In this document: one piece after another, positions 22,501-37,500 of the stretch
Layout: each line of letters begins with the position of its first letter
How positions within the stretch are numbered: position 1 is the first letter of the stretch
Source of the DNA: Auanema rhodensis
Lineage: Eukaryota > Animalia > Nematoda
Direction of reading: 5' to 3'
Length of the DNA: 64,000 nt
NCBI GenBank assembly: GCA_964057225.1
Contig: OZ059894.1
Coordinates: 20,956,001-21,020,000, forward strand
Translations under genes and position numbers: made by a program
The notes under the pieces: model-generated
Told to the model about the DNA's origin: nothing
What the model saw: only the letters and a program-made list of their open reading frames with translations
Databases searched by the model: none

Positions 22501-25500
22501 GATAACACAGATCGACGCAACTTAAAAATCCGCTTCGAATGCACTATACTACATTGAGAAACGCTTAATACAAAAATTAGTTATGATCGTTTGAAAAATG
22601 ATGCATTAGTGTATGTTGAGTTTCCATGTACACTCAACATTGCTTCCAAAAACATTTTGACAAAAATTTTTTCGAGAAATTTCAAAATAATTTAGCAAAA
22701 AGTAGATGTTTTTAGATTCCTTTTTTCAAGGCAAAGACGATGGACAATGTTATTCAACGAAAAAATTAATTCTTCAGGGTGAAAATCGAGGATATAAGTG
22801 TGAACTTATATCAGTTGATATCTCGGTGCATTTTTAAGCTAGCGCAAATCTGATAACACAGATCGACGCAGCTTAACAATCCGCATCGAATGCACTATAC
22901 TACATTGAAAAACGCTTAATACAAAAATTAGTTATGATCGTTTGAAAAATGATGCTTTAGTGTATGTTGAGTTTCCATGTACACTCAACATTGCTTCCAA
23001 AAACATTTTGACAAAAATTTTTTCGAAAAATTTCAGAATAATTTAGCAAAAAGTAGATGTTTTTAGATTCCATTTTTCAAGGCAAAGACGATGGACAATG
23101 TTATTCAACGAAAAAATTAATTCTTCAGGGTGAAAATCGAGGATATAAGTGTGAACTTATATCAGTTGATATCTCGGTGCATTTTTAAGCTAGCGCAAAT
23201 CTGATAACACAGATCGACGCAGCTTAAAAATCCGCATCGAATGCACTATACTACATTGAGAAACGCTTAATACAAAAATTAGTTATGATCGTTTGAAAAA
23301 TGATGCATTAGTGTATGTTGAGTTTCCATGTACACTCAACATTGCTTCCAAAAACATTTTGACAAAAATTTTTTCGAAAAATTTCAAAATAATTTAGCAA
23401 AAAGTAGATGTTTTTAGATTCCTTTTTTCAAGGCAAAGACGATGGACAATGTTATTCAACGAAAAAATTAATTCTTCAGGGTGAAAATCGAGGATATAAG
23501 TGTGAACTTATATCAGTTGATATCTCGGTGCATTTTTAAGCTAGCGCAAATCTGATAACACAGATCGACGCAACTTAAAAATCCGCATCGAATGCACTAT
23601 ACTACATTGAGAAACGCTTAATACAAAAATTAGTTATGATCGTTTGAAAAATGATGCATTAGTGTATGTTGAGTTTCCATGTACACTCAACATTGCTTCC
23701 AAAAACATTTTGACAAAAATTTTTTCGAAAAATTTCAAAATAATTTAGCAAAAAGTAGATGTTTTTAGATTCCATTTTTCAAGGCAAAGACGATGGACAA
23801 TGTTATTCAACGAAAAAAGTAATTCTTCAGGGTGAAAATCGAGGATATAAGTGTGAACTTATATCAGTTGATATCTCGGTGCATTTTTAAGCTAGCGCAA
23901 ATCTGATAACACAGAACGACGCAGCTTAAAAATTCGCATCGAATGCACTATACTACATTGAGAAACGCTTAATACAAAAATTAGTTATGATCGTTTGAAA
24001 AATGATGCATTAGTGTATGTTGAGTTTCCATGTACACTCAACATTGCTTCCAAAAACATTTTGACAAAAATTTTTTCGAGAAATTTCAAAATAATTTAGC
24101 AAAAAGTAGATGTTTTTAGATTCCTTTTTTCAAGGCAAAGACGATGGACAATGTTATTCAACGAAAAAATTAATTCTTCAGGGTGAAAATCGAGGATATA
24201 AGTGTGAACTTATATCAGTTGATATCTCGGTGCATTTTTAAGCTAGCGCAAATCTGATAACACAGATCGACGCAACTTAAAAATCCGCATCGAATGCACT
24301 ATACTACATTGAGAAACGCTTAATACAAAAATTAGTTATGATCGTTTGAAAAATGATGCATTAGTGTATGTTGAGTTTCCATGTACACTCAACATTGCTT
24401 CCAAAAACATTTTGACAAAAATTTTTTCGAAAAATTTCAAAATAATTTAGCAAAAAGTAGATGTTTTTAGATTCCATTTTTCAAGGCAAAGACGATGGAC
24501 AATGTTATTCAACGAAAAAAGTAATTCTTCAGGGTGAAAATCGAGGATATAAGTGTGAACTTATATCAGTTGATATCTCGGTGCATTTTTAAGCTAGCGC
24601 AAATCTGATAACACAGAACGACGCAGCTTAAAAATTCGCATCGAATGCACTATACTACATTGAGAAACGCTTAATACAAAAATTAGTTATGATCGTTTGA
24701 AAAATGATGCATTAGTGTATGTTGAGTTTCCATGTACACTCAACATTGCTTCCAAAAACATTTTGACAAAAATTTTTTCGAGAAATTTCAAAATAATTTA
24801 GCAAAAAGTAGATGTTTTTAGATTCCTTTTTTCAAGGCAAAGACGATGGACAATGTTATTCAACGAAAAAATTAATTCTTCAGGGTGAAAATCGAGGCTA
24901 TAAGTGTGAACTTATATCAGTTGATATCTCGGTGCATTTTTAAGCTAGCGCAAATCTGATAACACAGATCGACGCAACTTAAAAATCCGCATCGAATGCA
25001 CTATACTACATTGAGAAACGCTTAATACAAAAATTAGTTATGATCGTTTGAAAAATGATGCATTAGTGTATGTTGAGTTTCCATGTACACTCAACATTGC
25101 TTCCAAAAACATTTTGACAAAAATTTTTTCGAAAAATTTCGAAATAATTTAGCAAAAAGTAGATGTATTTAGATTCCATTTTTCAAGGCAAAGACGATGG
25201 ACAATGTTATTCAACGAAAAAATTAATTCTTCAGGGTGAAAATCGAGGATATAAGTGTGAACTTATATCAGTTGATATCTCGGTGCATTTGTAAGCTAGC
25301 GCAAATCTGATAACACAGAACGACGCAGCTTAAAAATTCGCATCGAATGCACTATACTACATTGAGAAACGCTTAATACAAAAATTAGTTATGATCGTTT
25401 GAAAAATGATGCATTAGTGTATGTTGAGTTTCCATGTACACTCAACATTGCTTCCAAAAACATTTTGACAAAAATTTTTTCGAGAAATTTCAAAATAATT

Positions 25501-28500
25501 TAGCAAAAAGTAGATGTTTTTAGATTCCTTTTTTCAAGGCAAAGACGATGGACAATGTTATTCAACGAAAAAATTAATTCTTCAGGGTGAAAATCGAGGA
25601 TATAAGTGTGAACTTATATCAGTTGATATCTCGGTGCATTTTTAAGCTAGCGCAAATCTGATAACACAGATCGACGCAACTTAAAAATCCGCATCGAATG
25701 CACTATACTACATTGAGAAACGCTTAATACAAAAATTAGTTATGATCGTTTGAAAAATGATGCATTAGTGTATGTTGAGTTTCCATGTACACTCAACATT
25801 GCTTCCAAAAACATTTTGACAAAAATTTTTTCGAAAAATTTCAGAATAATTTAGCAAAAAGTAGATGTTTTTAGATTCCATTTTTCAAGGCAAAGACGAT
25901 GGACAATGTTATTCAACGAAAAAATTGATTCTTCAGGGTGAAAATCGAGGATATAAGTGTGAACTTATATCAGTTGATATCTCGGTGCATTTTTAAGCTA
26001 GCGCAAATCTGATAACACAGATCGACGCAGCTTAAAAATCCGCATCGAATGCACTATACTACATTGAGAAACGCTTAATACAAAAATTAGTTATGATCGT
26101 TTGAAAAATGATGCATTAGTGTATGTTGAGTTTCCATGTACACTCAACATTGCTTCCAAAAACATTTTGACAAAAATTTTTTCGAAAAATTTCAAAATAA
26201 TTTAGCAAAAAGTAGATGTTTTTAGATTCCTTTTTTCAAGGCAAAGACGATGGACAATGTTATTCAACGAAAAAATTAATTCTTCAGGGTGAAAATCGAG
26301 GATATAAGTGTGAACTTATATCAGTTGATATCTCGGTGCATTTTTAAGCTAGCGCAAATCTGATAACACAGATCGACGCAACTTAAAAATCCGCATCGAA
26401 TGCACTATACTACATTGAGAAACGCTTAATACAAAAATTAGTTATGATCGTTTGAAAAATGATGCATTAGTGTATGTTGAGTTTCCATGTACACTCAACA
26501 TTGCTTCCAAAAACATTTTGACAAAAATTTTTTCGAAAAATTTCAGAATAATTTAGCAAAAAGTAGATGTTTTTAGATTCCATTTTTCAAGGCAAAGACG
26601 ATGGACAATGTTATTCAACGAAAAAATTAATTCTTCAGGGTGAAAATCGAGGATATATGTGTGAACTTATATCAGTTGATATCTCGGTGCATTTTTAAGC
26701 TAGCGCAAATCTGATAACACAGATCGACGCAGCTTAAAAATCCGCATCGAATGCACTATACTACATTGAGAAACGCTTAATACAAAAATTAGTTATGATC
26801 GTTTGAAAAATGATGCATTAGTGTATGTTGAGTTTCCATGTACACTCAACATTGCTTCCAAAAACATTTTGACAAAAATTTTTTCGAAAAATTTCAAAAT
26901 AATTTAGCAAAAAGTAGATGTTTTTAGATTCCTTTTTTCAAGGCAAAGACGATGGACAATGTTATTCAACGAAAAAATTAATTCTTCAGGGTGAAAATCG
27001 AGGATATAAGTGTGAACTTATATCAGTTGATATCTCGGTGCATTTTTAAGCTAGCGCAAATCTGATAACACAGATCGACGCAACTTAAAAATCCGCATCG
27101 AATGCACTATACTACATTGAGAAACGCTTAATACAAAAATTAGTTATGATCGTTTGAAAAATGATGCATTAGTGTATGTTGAGTTTCCATGTACACTCAA
27201 CATTGCTTCCAAAAACATTTTGACAAAAATTTTTTCGAAAAATTTCAAAATAATTTAGCAAAAAGTAGATGTTTTTAGATTCCATTTTTCAAGGCAAAGA
27301 CGATGGACAATGTTATTCAACGAAAAAAGTAATTCTTCAGGGTGAAAATCGAGGATATAAGTGTGAACTTATATCAGTTGATATCTCGGTGCATTTTTAA
27401 GCTAGCGCAAATCTGATAACACAGAACGACGCAGCTTAAAAATTCGCATCGAATGCACTATACTACATTGAGAAACGCTTAATACAAAAATTAGTTATGA
27501 TCGTTTGAAAAATGATGCATTAGTGTATGTTGAGTTTCCATGTACACTCAACATTGCTTCCAAAAACATTTTGACAAAAATTTTTTCGAGAAATTTCAAA
27601 ATAATTTAGCAAAAAGTAGATGTTTTTAGATTCCTTTTTTCAAGGCAAAGACGATGGACAATGTTATTCAACGAAAAAATTAATTCTTCAGGGTGAAAAT
27701 CGAGGATATAAGTGTGAACTTATATCAGTTGATATCTCGGTGCATTTTTAAGCTAGCGCAAATCTGATAACACAGATCGACGCAACTTAAAAATCCGCAT
27801 CGAATGCACTATACTACATTGAGAAACGCTTAATACAAAAATTAGTTATGATCGTTTGAAAAATGATGCATTAGTGTATGTTGAGTTTCCATGTACACTC
27901 AACATTGCTTCCAAAAACATTTTGACAAAAATTTTTTCGAAAAATTTCAAAATAATTTAGCAAAAAGTAGATGTTTTTAGATTCCATTTTTCAAGGCAAA
28001 GACGATGGACAATGTTATTCAACGAAAAAAGTAATTCTTCAGGGTGAAAATCGAGGATATAAGTGTGAACTTATATCAGTTGATATCTCGGTGCATTTTT
28101 AAGCTAGCGCAAATCTGATAACACAGAACGACGCAGCTTAAAAATTCGCATCGAATGCACTATACTACATTGAGAAACGCTTAATACAAAAATTAGTTAT
28201 GATCGTTTGAAAAATGATGCATTAGTGTATGTTGAGTTTCCATGTACACTCAACATTGCTTCCAAAAACATTTTGACAAAAATTTTTTCGAGAAATTTCA
28301 AAATAATTTAGCAAAAAGTAGATGTTTTTAGATTCCATTTTTCAAGGCAAAGACGATGGACAATGTTATTCAACGAAAAAAGTAATTCTTCAGGGTGAAA
28401 ATCGAGGATATAAGTGTGAACTTATATCAGTTGATATCTCGGTGCATTTTTAAGCTAGCGCAAATCTGATAACACAGAACGACGCAGCTTAAAAATTCGC

Positions 28501-31500
28501 ATCGAATGCACTATACTACATTGAGAAACGCTTAATACAAAAATTAGTTATGATCGTTTGAAAAATGATGCATTAGTGTATGTTGAGTTTCCATGTACAC
28601 TCAACATTGCTTCCAAAAACATTTTGACAAAAATTTTTTCGAGAAATTTCAAAATAATTTAGCAAAAAGTAGATGTTTTTAGATTCCTTTTTTCAAAGCA
28701 AAGACGATGGACAATGTTATTCAACGAAAAAATTAATTCTTCAGGGTGAAAATCGAGGATATAAGTGTGAACTTATATCAGTTGATATCTCGGTGCATTT
28801 GTAAGCTAGCGCAAATCTGATAACACAGAACGACGCAGCTTAAAAATTCGCATCGAATGCACTATACTACATTGAGAAACGCTTAATACAAAAATTAGTT
28901 ATGATCGTTTGAAAAATGATGCATTAGTGTATGTTGAGTTTCCATGTACACTCAACATTGCTTCCAAAAACATTTTGACAAAAATTTTTTCGAAAAATTT
29001 CGAAATAATTTAGCAAAAAGTAGATGTATTTAGATTCCATTTTTCAAGGCAAAGACGATGGACAATGTTATTCAACGAAAAAATTAATTCTTCAGGGTGA
29101 AAATCGAGGATATAAGTGTGAACTTATATCAGTTGATATCTCGGTGCATTTGTAAGCTAGCGCAAATCTGATAACACAGAACGACGCAGCTTAAAAATTC
29201 GCATCGAATGCACTATACTACATTGAGAAACGCTTAATACAAAAATTAGTTATGATCGTTTGAAAAATGATGCATTAGTGTATGTTGAGTTTCCATGTAC
29301 ACTCAACATTGCTTCCAAAAACATTTTGACAAAAATTTTTTCGAGAAATTTCAAAATAATTTAGCAAAAAGTAGATGTTTTTAGATTCCTTTTTTCAAGG
29401 CAAAGACGATGGACAATGTTATTCAACGAAAAAATTAATTCTTCAGGGTGAAAATCGAGGATATAAGTGTGAACTTATATCAGTTGATATCTCGGTGCAT
29501 TTTTAAGCTAGCGCAAATCTGATAACACAGATCGACGCAACTTAAAAATCCGCATCGAATGCACTATACTACATTGAGAAACGCTTAATACAAAAATTAG
29601 TTATGATCGTTTGAAAAATGATGCATTAGTGTATGTTGAGTTTCCATGTACACTCAACATTGCTTCCAAAAACATTTTGACAAAAATTTTTTCGAAAAAT
29701 TTCAGAATAATTTAGCAAAAAGTAGATGTTTTTAGATTCCATTTTTCAAGGCAAAGACGATGGACAATGTTATTCAACGAAAAAATTGATTCTTCAGGGT
29801 GAAAATCGAGGATATAAGTGTGAACTTATATCAGTTGATATCTCGGTGCATTTTTAAGCTAGCGCAAATCTGATAACACAGATCGACGCAGCTTAAAAAT
29901 CCGCATCGAATGCACTATACTACATTGAGAAACGCTTAATACAAAAATTAGTTATGATCGTTTGAAAAATGATGCATTAGTGTATGTTGAGTTTCCATGT
30001 ACACTCAACATTGCTTCCAAAAACATTTTGACAAAAATTTTTTCGAAAAATTTCAAAATAATTTAGCAAAAAGTAGATGTTTTTAGATTCCTTTTTTCAA
30101 GGCAAAGACGATGGACAATGTTATTCAACGAAAAAATTAATTCTTCAGGGTGAAAATCGAGGATATAAGTGTGAACTTATATCAGTTGATATCTCGGTGC
30201 ATTTTTAAGCTAGCGCAAATCTGATAACACAGATCGACGCAACTTAAAAATCCGCATCGAATGCACTATACTACATTGAGAAACGCTTAATACAAAAATT
30301 AGTTATGATCGTTTGAAAAATGATGCATTAGTGTATGTTGAGTTTCCATGTACACTCAACATTGCTTCCAAAAACATTTTGACAAAAATTTTTTCGAAAA
30401 ATTTCAAAATAATTTAGCAAAAAGTAGATGTTTTTAGATTCCATTTTTCAAGGCAAAGACGATGGACAATGTTATTCAACGAAAAAATTAATTCTTCAGG
30501 GTGAAAATCGAGGATATAAGTGTGAACTTATATCAGTTGATATCTCGGTGCATTTTTAAGCTAGCGCAAATCTGATAACACAGATCGACGCAACTTAAAA
30601 ATCCGCATCGAATGCACTATACTACATTGAGAAACGCTTAATACAAAAATTAGTTATGATCGTTTGAAAAATGATGCATTAGTGTATGTTGAGTTTCCAT
30701 GTACACTCAACATTGCTTCCAAAAACATTTTGACAAAAATTTTTTCGAAAAATTTCAAAATAATTTAGCAAAAAGTAGATGTTTTTAGATTCCATTTTTC
30801 AAGGCAAAGACGATGGACAATGTTATTCAACGAAAAAATTAATTCTTCAGGGTGAAAATCGAGGATATAAGTGTGAACTTATATCAGTTGATATCTCGGT
30901 GCATTTTTAAGCTAGCGCAAATCTGATAACACAGATCGACGCAACTTAAAAATCCGCATCGAATGCACTATACTACATTGAGAAACGCTTAATACAAAAA
31001 TTAGTTATGATCGTTTGAAAAATGATGCATTAGTGTATGTTGAGTTTCCATGTACACTCAACATTGCTTCCAAAAACATTTTGACAAAAATTTTTTCGAA
31101 AAATTTCAAAATAATTTAGCAAAAAGTAGATGTTTTTAGATTCCTTTTTTCAAGGCAAAGACGATGGACAATGTTATTCAACGAAAAAATTAATTCTTCA
31201 GGGTGAAAATCGAGGATATAAGTGTGAACTTATATCAGTTGATATCTCGGTGCATTTTTAAGCTAGCGCAAATCTGATAACACAGATCGACGCAACTTAA
31301 AAATCCGCATCGAATGCACTATACTACATTGAGAAACGCTTAATACAAAAATTAGTTATGATCGTTTGAAAAATGATGCATTAGTGTATGTTGAGTTTCC
31401 ATGTACACTCAACATTGCTTCCAAAAACATTTTGACAAAAATTTTTTCGAAAAATTTCAAAATAATTTAGCAAAAAGTAGATGTTTTTAGATTCCATTTT

Positions 31501-34500
31501 TCAAGGCAAAGACGATGGACAATGTTATTCAACGAAAAAATTAATTCTTCACGGTGAAAATCGAGGATATAAGTGTGAACTTATATCAGTTGATATCTCG
31601 GTGCATTTTTAAGCTAGCGCAAATCTGATAACACAGATCGACGCAGCTTAAAAATCCGCATCGAATGCACTATACTACATTGAGAAACGCTTAATACAAA
31701 AATTAGTTATGATCGTTTGAAAAATGATGCATTAGTGTATGTTGAGTTTCCATGTACACTCAACATTGCTTCCAAAAACATTTTGACAAAAATTTTTTCG
31801 AAAAATTTCAAAATAATTTAGCAAAAAGTAGATGTTTTTAGATTCCTTTTTTCAAGGCAAAGACGATGGACAAAGTTATTCAACGAAAAAATTAATTCTT
31901 CAGGGTGAAAATCGAGGATATAAGTGTAAACTTATATCAGTTGATATCTCGGTGCATTTTTAAGCTAGCGCAAATCTGATAACACAGAACGACGCAGCTT
32001 AAAAATTCGCATCGAATGCACTATACTACATTGAGAAACGCTTAATACAAAAATTAGTTATGATCGTTTGAAAAATGATGCATTAGTGTATGTTGAGTTT
32101 CCATGTACACTCAACATTGCTTCCAAAAACATTTTGACAAAAATTTTTTCGAAAAATTTCGAAATAATTTAGCAAAAAGTAGATGTTTTTAGATTCCATT
32201 TTTCAAGGCAAAGACGATGGACAATGTTATTCAACGAAAAAATTAATTCTTCAGGGTGAAAATCGAGGATATAAGTGTGAACTTATATCAGTTGATATCT
32301 CGGTGCATTTTTAAGCTAGCGCAAATCTGATAACACAGAACGACGCAGCTTAAAAATTCGCATCGAATGCACTATACTACATTGAGAAACGCTTAATACA
32401 AAAATTAGTTATGATCGTTTGAAAAATGATGCATTAGTGTATGTTGAGTTTCCATGTACACTCAACATTGCTTCCAAAAACATTTTGACAAAAATTTTTT
32501 CGAAAAATTTCAAAATAATTTAGCAAAAAGTAGATGTTTTTAGATTCCTTTTTTCAAGGCAAAGACGATGGACAAAGTTATTCAACGAAAAAATTAATTC
32601 TTCAGGGTGAAAATCGAGGATATAAGTGTGAACTTATATCAGTTGATATCTCGGTGCATTTTTAAGCTAGCGCAAATCTGATAACACAGATCGACGCAGC
32701 TTAAAAATCCGCATCGAATGCACTATACTACATTGAGAAACGCTTAATACAAAAATTAGTTATGATCGTTTGAAAAATGATGCATTAGTGTATGTTGAGT
32801 TTCCATGTACACTCAACATTGCTTCCAAAAACATTTTGACAAAAATTTTTTCGAAAAATTTCAAAATAATTTAGCAAAAAGTAGATGTTTTTAGATTCCA
32901 TTTTTCAAGGCAAAGACGATGGACAATGTTATTCAACGAAAAAAATAATTCTTCAGGGTGAAAATCGAGGATATAAGTGTGAACTTATATCAGTTGATAT
33001 CTCGGTGCATTTTTAAGCTAGCGCAAATCTGATAACACAGATCGACGCAACTTAAAAATCCGCATCGAATGCACTATACTACATTGAGAAACGCTTAATA
33101 CAAAAATTAGTTATGATCGTTTGAAAAATGATGCATTAGTGTATGTTGAGTTTCCATGTACACTCAACATTGCTTCCAAAAACATTTTGACAAAAATTTT
33201 TTCGAAAAATTTCAAAATAATTTAGCAAAAAGTAGATGTTTTTAGATTCCTTTTTTCAAGGCAAAGACGATGGACAATGTTATTCAACGAAAAAATTAAT
33301 TCTTCAGGGTGAAAATCGAGGATATAAGTGTGAACTTATATCAGTTGATATCTCGGTGCATTTTTAAGCTAGCGCAAATCTGATAACACAGATCGACGCA
33401 ACTTAAAAATCCGCATCGAATGCACTATACTACATTGAGAAACGCTTAATACAAAAATTAGTTATGATCGTTTGAAAAATGATGCATTAGTGTATGTTGA
33501 GTTTCCATGTACACTCAACATTGCTTCCAAAAACATTTTGACAAAAATTTTTTCGAAAAATTTCAAAATAATTTAGCAAAAAGTAGATGTTTTTAGATTC
33601 CTTTTTTCAAGGCAAAGACGATGGACAATGTTATTCAACGAAAAAATTAATTCTTCAGGGTGAAAATCGAGGATATAAGTGTGAACTTATATCAGTTGAT
33701 ATCTCGGTGCATTTTTAAGCTAGCGCAAATCTGATAACACAGATCGACGCAACTTAAAAATCCGCATCGAATGCACTATACTACATTGAGAAACGCTTAA
33801 TACAAAAATTAGTTATGATCGTTTGAAAAATGATGCATTAGTGTATGTTGAGTTTCCATGTACACTCAACATTGCTTCCAAAAACATTTTGACAAAAATT
33901 TTTTCGAAAAATTTCAAAATAATTTAGCAAAAAGTAGATGTTTTTAGATTCCATTTTTCAAGGCAAAGACGATGGACAATGTTATTCAACGAAAAAATTA
34001 ATTCTTCAGGGTGAAAATCGAGGATATAAGTGTGAACTTATATCAGTTGATATCTCGGTGCATTTTTAAGCTAGCGCAAATCTGATAACACAGATCGACG
34101 CAGCTTAAAAATCCGCATCGAATGCACTATACTACATTGAGAAACGCTTAATACAAAAATTAGTTATGATCGTTTGAAAAATGATGCATTAGTGTATGTT
34201 GAGTTTCCATGTACACTCAACATTGCTTCCAAAAACATTTTGACAAAAATTTTTTCGAAAAATTTCAAAATAATTTAGCAAAAAGTAGATGTTTTTAGAT
34301 TCCTTTTTTCAAGGCAAAGACGATGGACAAAGTTATTCAACGAAAAAATTAATTCTTCAGGGTGAAAATCGAGGATATAAGTGTAAACTTATATCAGTTG
34401 ATATCTCGGTGCATTTTTAAGCTAGCGCAAATCTGATAACACAGAACGACGCAGCTTAAAAATTCGCATCGAATGCACTATACTACATTGAGAAACGCTT

Positions 34501-37500
34501 AATACAAAAATTAGTTATGATCGTTTGAAAAATGATGCATTAGTGTATGTTGAGTTTCCATGTACACTCAACATTGCTTCCAAAAACATTTTGACAAAAA
34601 TTTTTTCGAAAAATTTCGAAATAATTTAGCAAAAAGTAGATGTTTTTAGATTCCATTTTTCAAGGCAAAGACGATGGACAATGTTATTCAACGAAAAAAT
34701 TAATTCTTCAGGGTGAAAATCGAGGATATAAGTGTGAACTTATATCAGTTGATATCTCGGTGCATTTTTAAGCTAGCGCAAATCTGATAACACAGAACGA
34801 CGCAGCTTAAAAATTCGCATCGAATGCACTATACTACATTGAGAAACGCTTAATACAAAAATTAGTTATGATCGTTTGAAAAATGATGCATTAGTGTATG
34901 TTGAGTTTCCATGTACACTCAACATTGCTTCCAAAAACATTTTGACAAAAATTTTTTCGAAAAATTTCAAAATAATTTAGCAAAAAGTAGATGTTTTTAG
35001 ATTCCTTTTTTCAAGGCAAAGACGATGGACAAAGTTATTCAACGAAAAAATTAATTCTTCAGGGTGAAAATCGAGGATATAAGTGTAAACTTATATCAGT
35101 TGATATCTCGGTGCATTTTTAAGCTAGCGCAAATCTGATAACACAGAACGACGCAGCTTAAAAATTCGCATCGAATGCACTATACTACATTGAGAAACGC
35201 TTAATACAAAAATTAGTTATGATCGTTTGAAAAATGATGCATTAGTGTATGTTGAGTTTCCATGTACACTCAACATTGCTTCCAAAAACATTTTGACAAA
35301 AATTTTTTCGAAAAATTTCGAAATAATTTAGCAAAAAGTAGATGTTTTTAGATTCCATTTTTCAAGGCAAAGACGATGGACAATGTTATTCAACGAAAAA
35401 ATTAATTCTTCAGGGTGAAAATCGAGGATATAAGTGTGAACTTATATCAGTTGATATCTCGGTGCATTTTTAAGCTAGCGCAAATCTGATAACACAGAAC
35501 GACGCAGCTTAAAAATTCGCATCGAATGCACTATACTACATTGAGAAACGCTTAATACAAAAATTAGTTATGATCGTTTGAAAAATGATGCATTAGTGTA
35601 TGTTGAGTTTCCATGTACACTCAACATTGCTTCCAAAAACATTTTGACAAAAATTTTTTCGAAAAATTTCGAAATAATTTAGCAAAAAGTAGATGTTTTT
35701 AGATTCCATTTTTCAAGGCAAAGACGATGGACAATGTTATTCAACGAAAAAATTAATTCTTCAGGGTGAAAATCGAGGATATAAGTGTGAACTTATATCA
35801 GTTGATATCTCGGTGCATTTTTAAGCTAGCGCAAATCTGATAACACAGAACGACGCAGCTTAAAAATTCGCATCGAATGCACTATACTACATTGAGAAAC
35901 GCTTAATACAAAAATTAGTTATGATCGTTTGAAAAATGATGCATTAGTGTATGTTGAGTTTCCATGTACACTCAACATTGCTTCCAAAAACATTTTGACA
36001 AAAATTTTTTCGAGAAATTTCAAAATAATTTAGCAAAAAGTAAATGTTTTTAGATTCCTTTTTTCAAGGCAAAGACGATGGACAATGTTATTCAACGAAA
36101 AAATTAATTCTTCAGGGTGAAAATCGAGGATATAAGTGTGAACTTATATCAGTTGATATCTCGGTGCATTTTTAAGCTAGCGCAAATCTGATAACACAGA
36201 TCGACGCAACTTAAAAATCCGCATCGAATGCACTATACTACATTGAGAAACGCTTAATACAAAAATTAGTTATGATCGTTTGAAAAATGATGCATTAGTG
36301 TATGTTGAGTTTCCATGTACACTCAACATTGCTTCCAAAAACATTTTGACAAAAATTTTTTCGAAAAATTTCAAAATAATTTAGCAAAAAGTAGATGTTT
36401 TTAGATTCCATTTTTCAAGGCAAAGACGATGGACAATGTTATTCAACGAAAAAATTGATTCTTCAGGGTGAAAATCGAGGATATAAGTGTGAACTTATAT
36501 CAGTTGATATCTCGGTGCATTTTTAAGCTAGCGCAAATCTGATAACACAGATCGACGCAGCTTAAAAATCCGCATCGAATGCACTATACTACATTGAGAA
36601 ACGCTTAATACAAAAATTAGTTATGATCGTTTGAAAAATGATGCATTAGTGTATGTTGAGTTTCCATGTACACTCAACATTGCTTCCAAAAACATTTTGA
36701 CAAAAATTTTTTCGAAAAATTTCAAAATAATTTAGCAAAAAGTAGATGTTTTTAGATTCCTTTTTTCAAGGCAAAGACGATGGACAAAGTTATTCAACGA
36801 AAAAATTAATTCTTCAGGGTGAAAATCGAGGATATAAGTGTAAACTTATATCAGTTGATATCTCGGTGCATTTTTAAGCTAGCGCAAATCTGATAACACA
36901 GAACGACGCAGCTTAAAAATTCGCATCGAATGCACTATACTACATTGAGAAACGCTTAATACAAAAATTAGTTATGATCGTTTGAAAAATGATGCATTAG
37001 TGTATGTTGAGTTTCCATGTACACTCAACATTGCTTCCAAAAACATTTTGACAAAAATTTTTTCGAAAAATTTCAAAATAATTTAGCAAAGAGTAGATGT
37101 TTTTAGATTCCTTTTTTCAAGGCAAAGACGATGGACAAAGTTATTCAACGAAAAAATTAATTCTTCAGGGTGAAAATCGAGGATATAAGTGTAAACTTAT
37201 ATCAGTTGATATCTCGGTGCATTTTTAAGCTAGCGCAAATCTGATAACACAGAACGACGCAGCTTAAAAATTCGCATCGAATGCACTATACTACATTGAG
37301 AAACGCTTAATACAAAAATTAGTTATGATCGTTTGAAAAATGATGCATTAGTGTATGTTGAGTTTCCATGTACACTCAACATTGCTTCCAAAAACATTTT
37401 GACAAAAATTTTTTCGAAAAATTTCGAAATAATTTAGCAAAAAGTAGATGTTTTTAGATTCCATTTTTCAAGGCAAAGACGATGGACAATGTTATTCAAC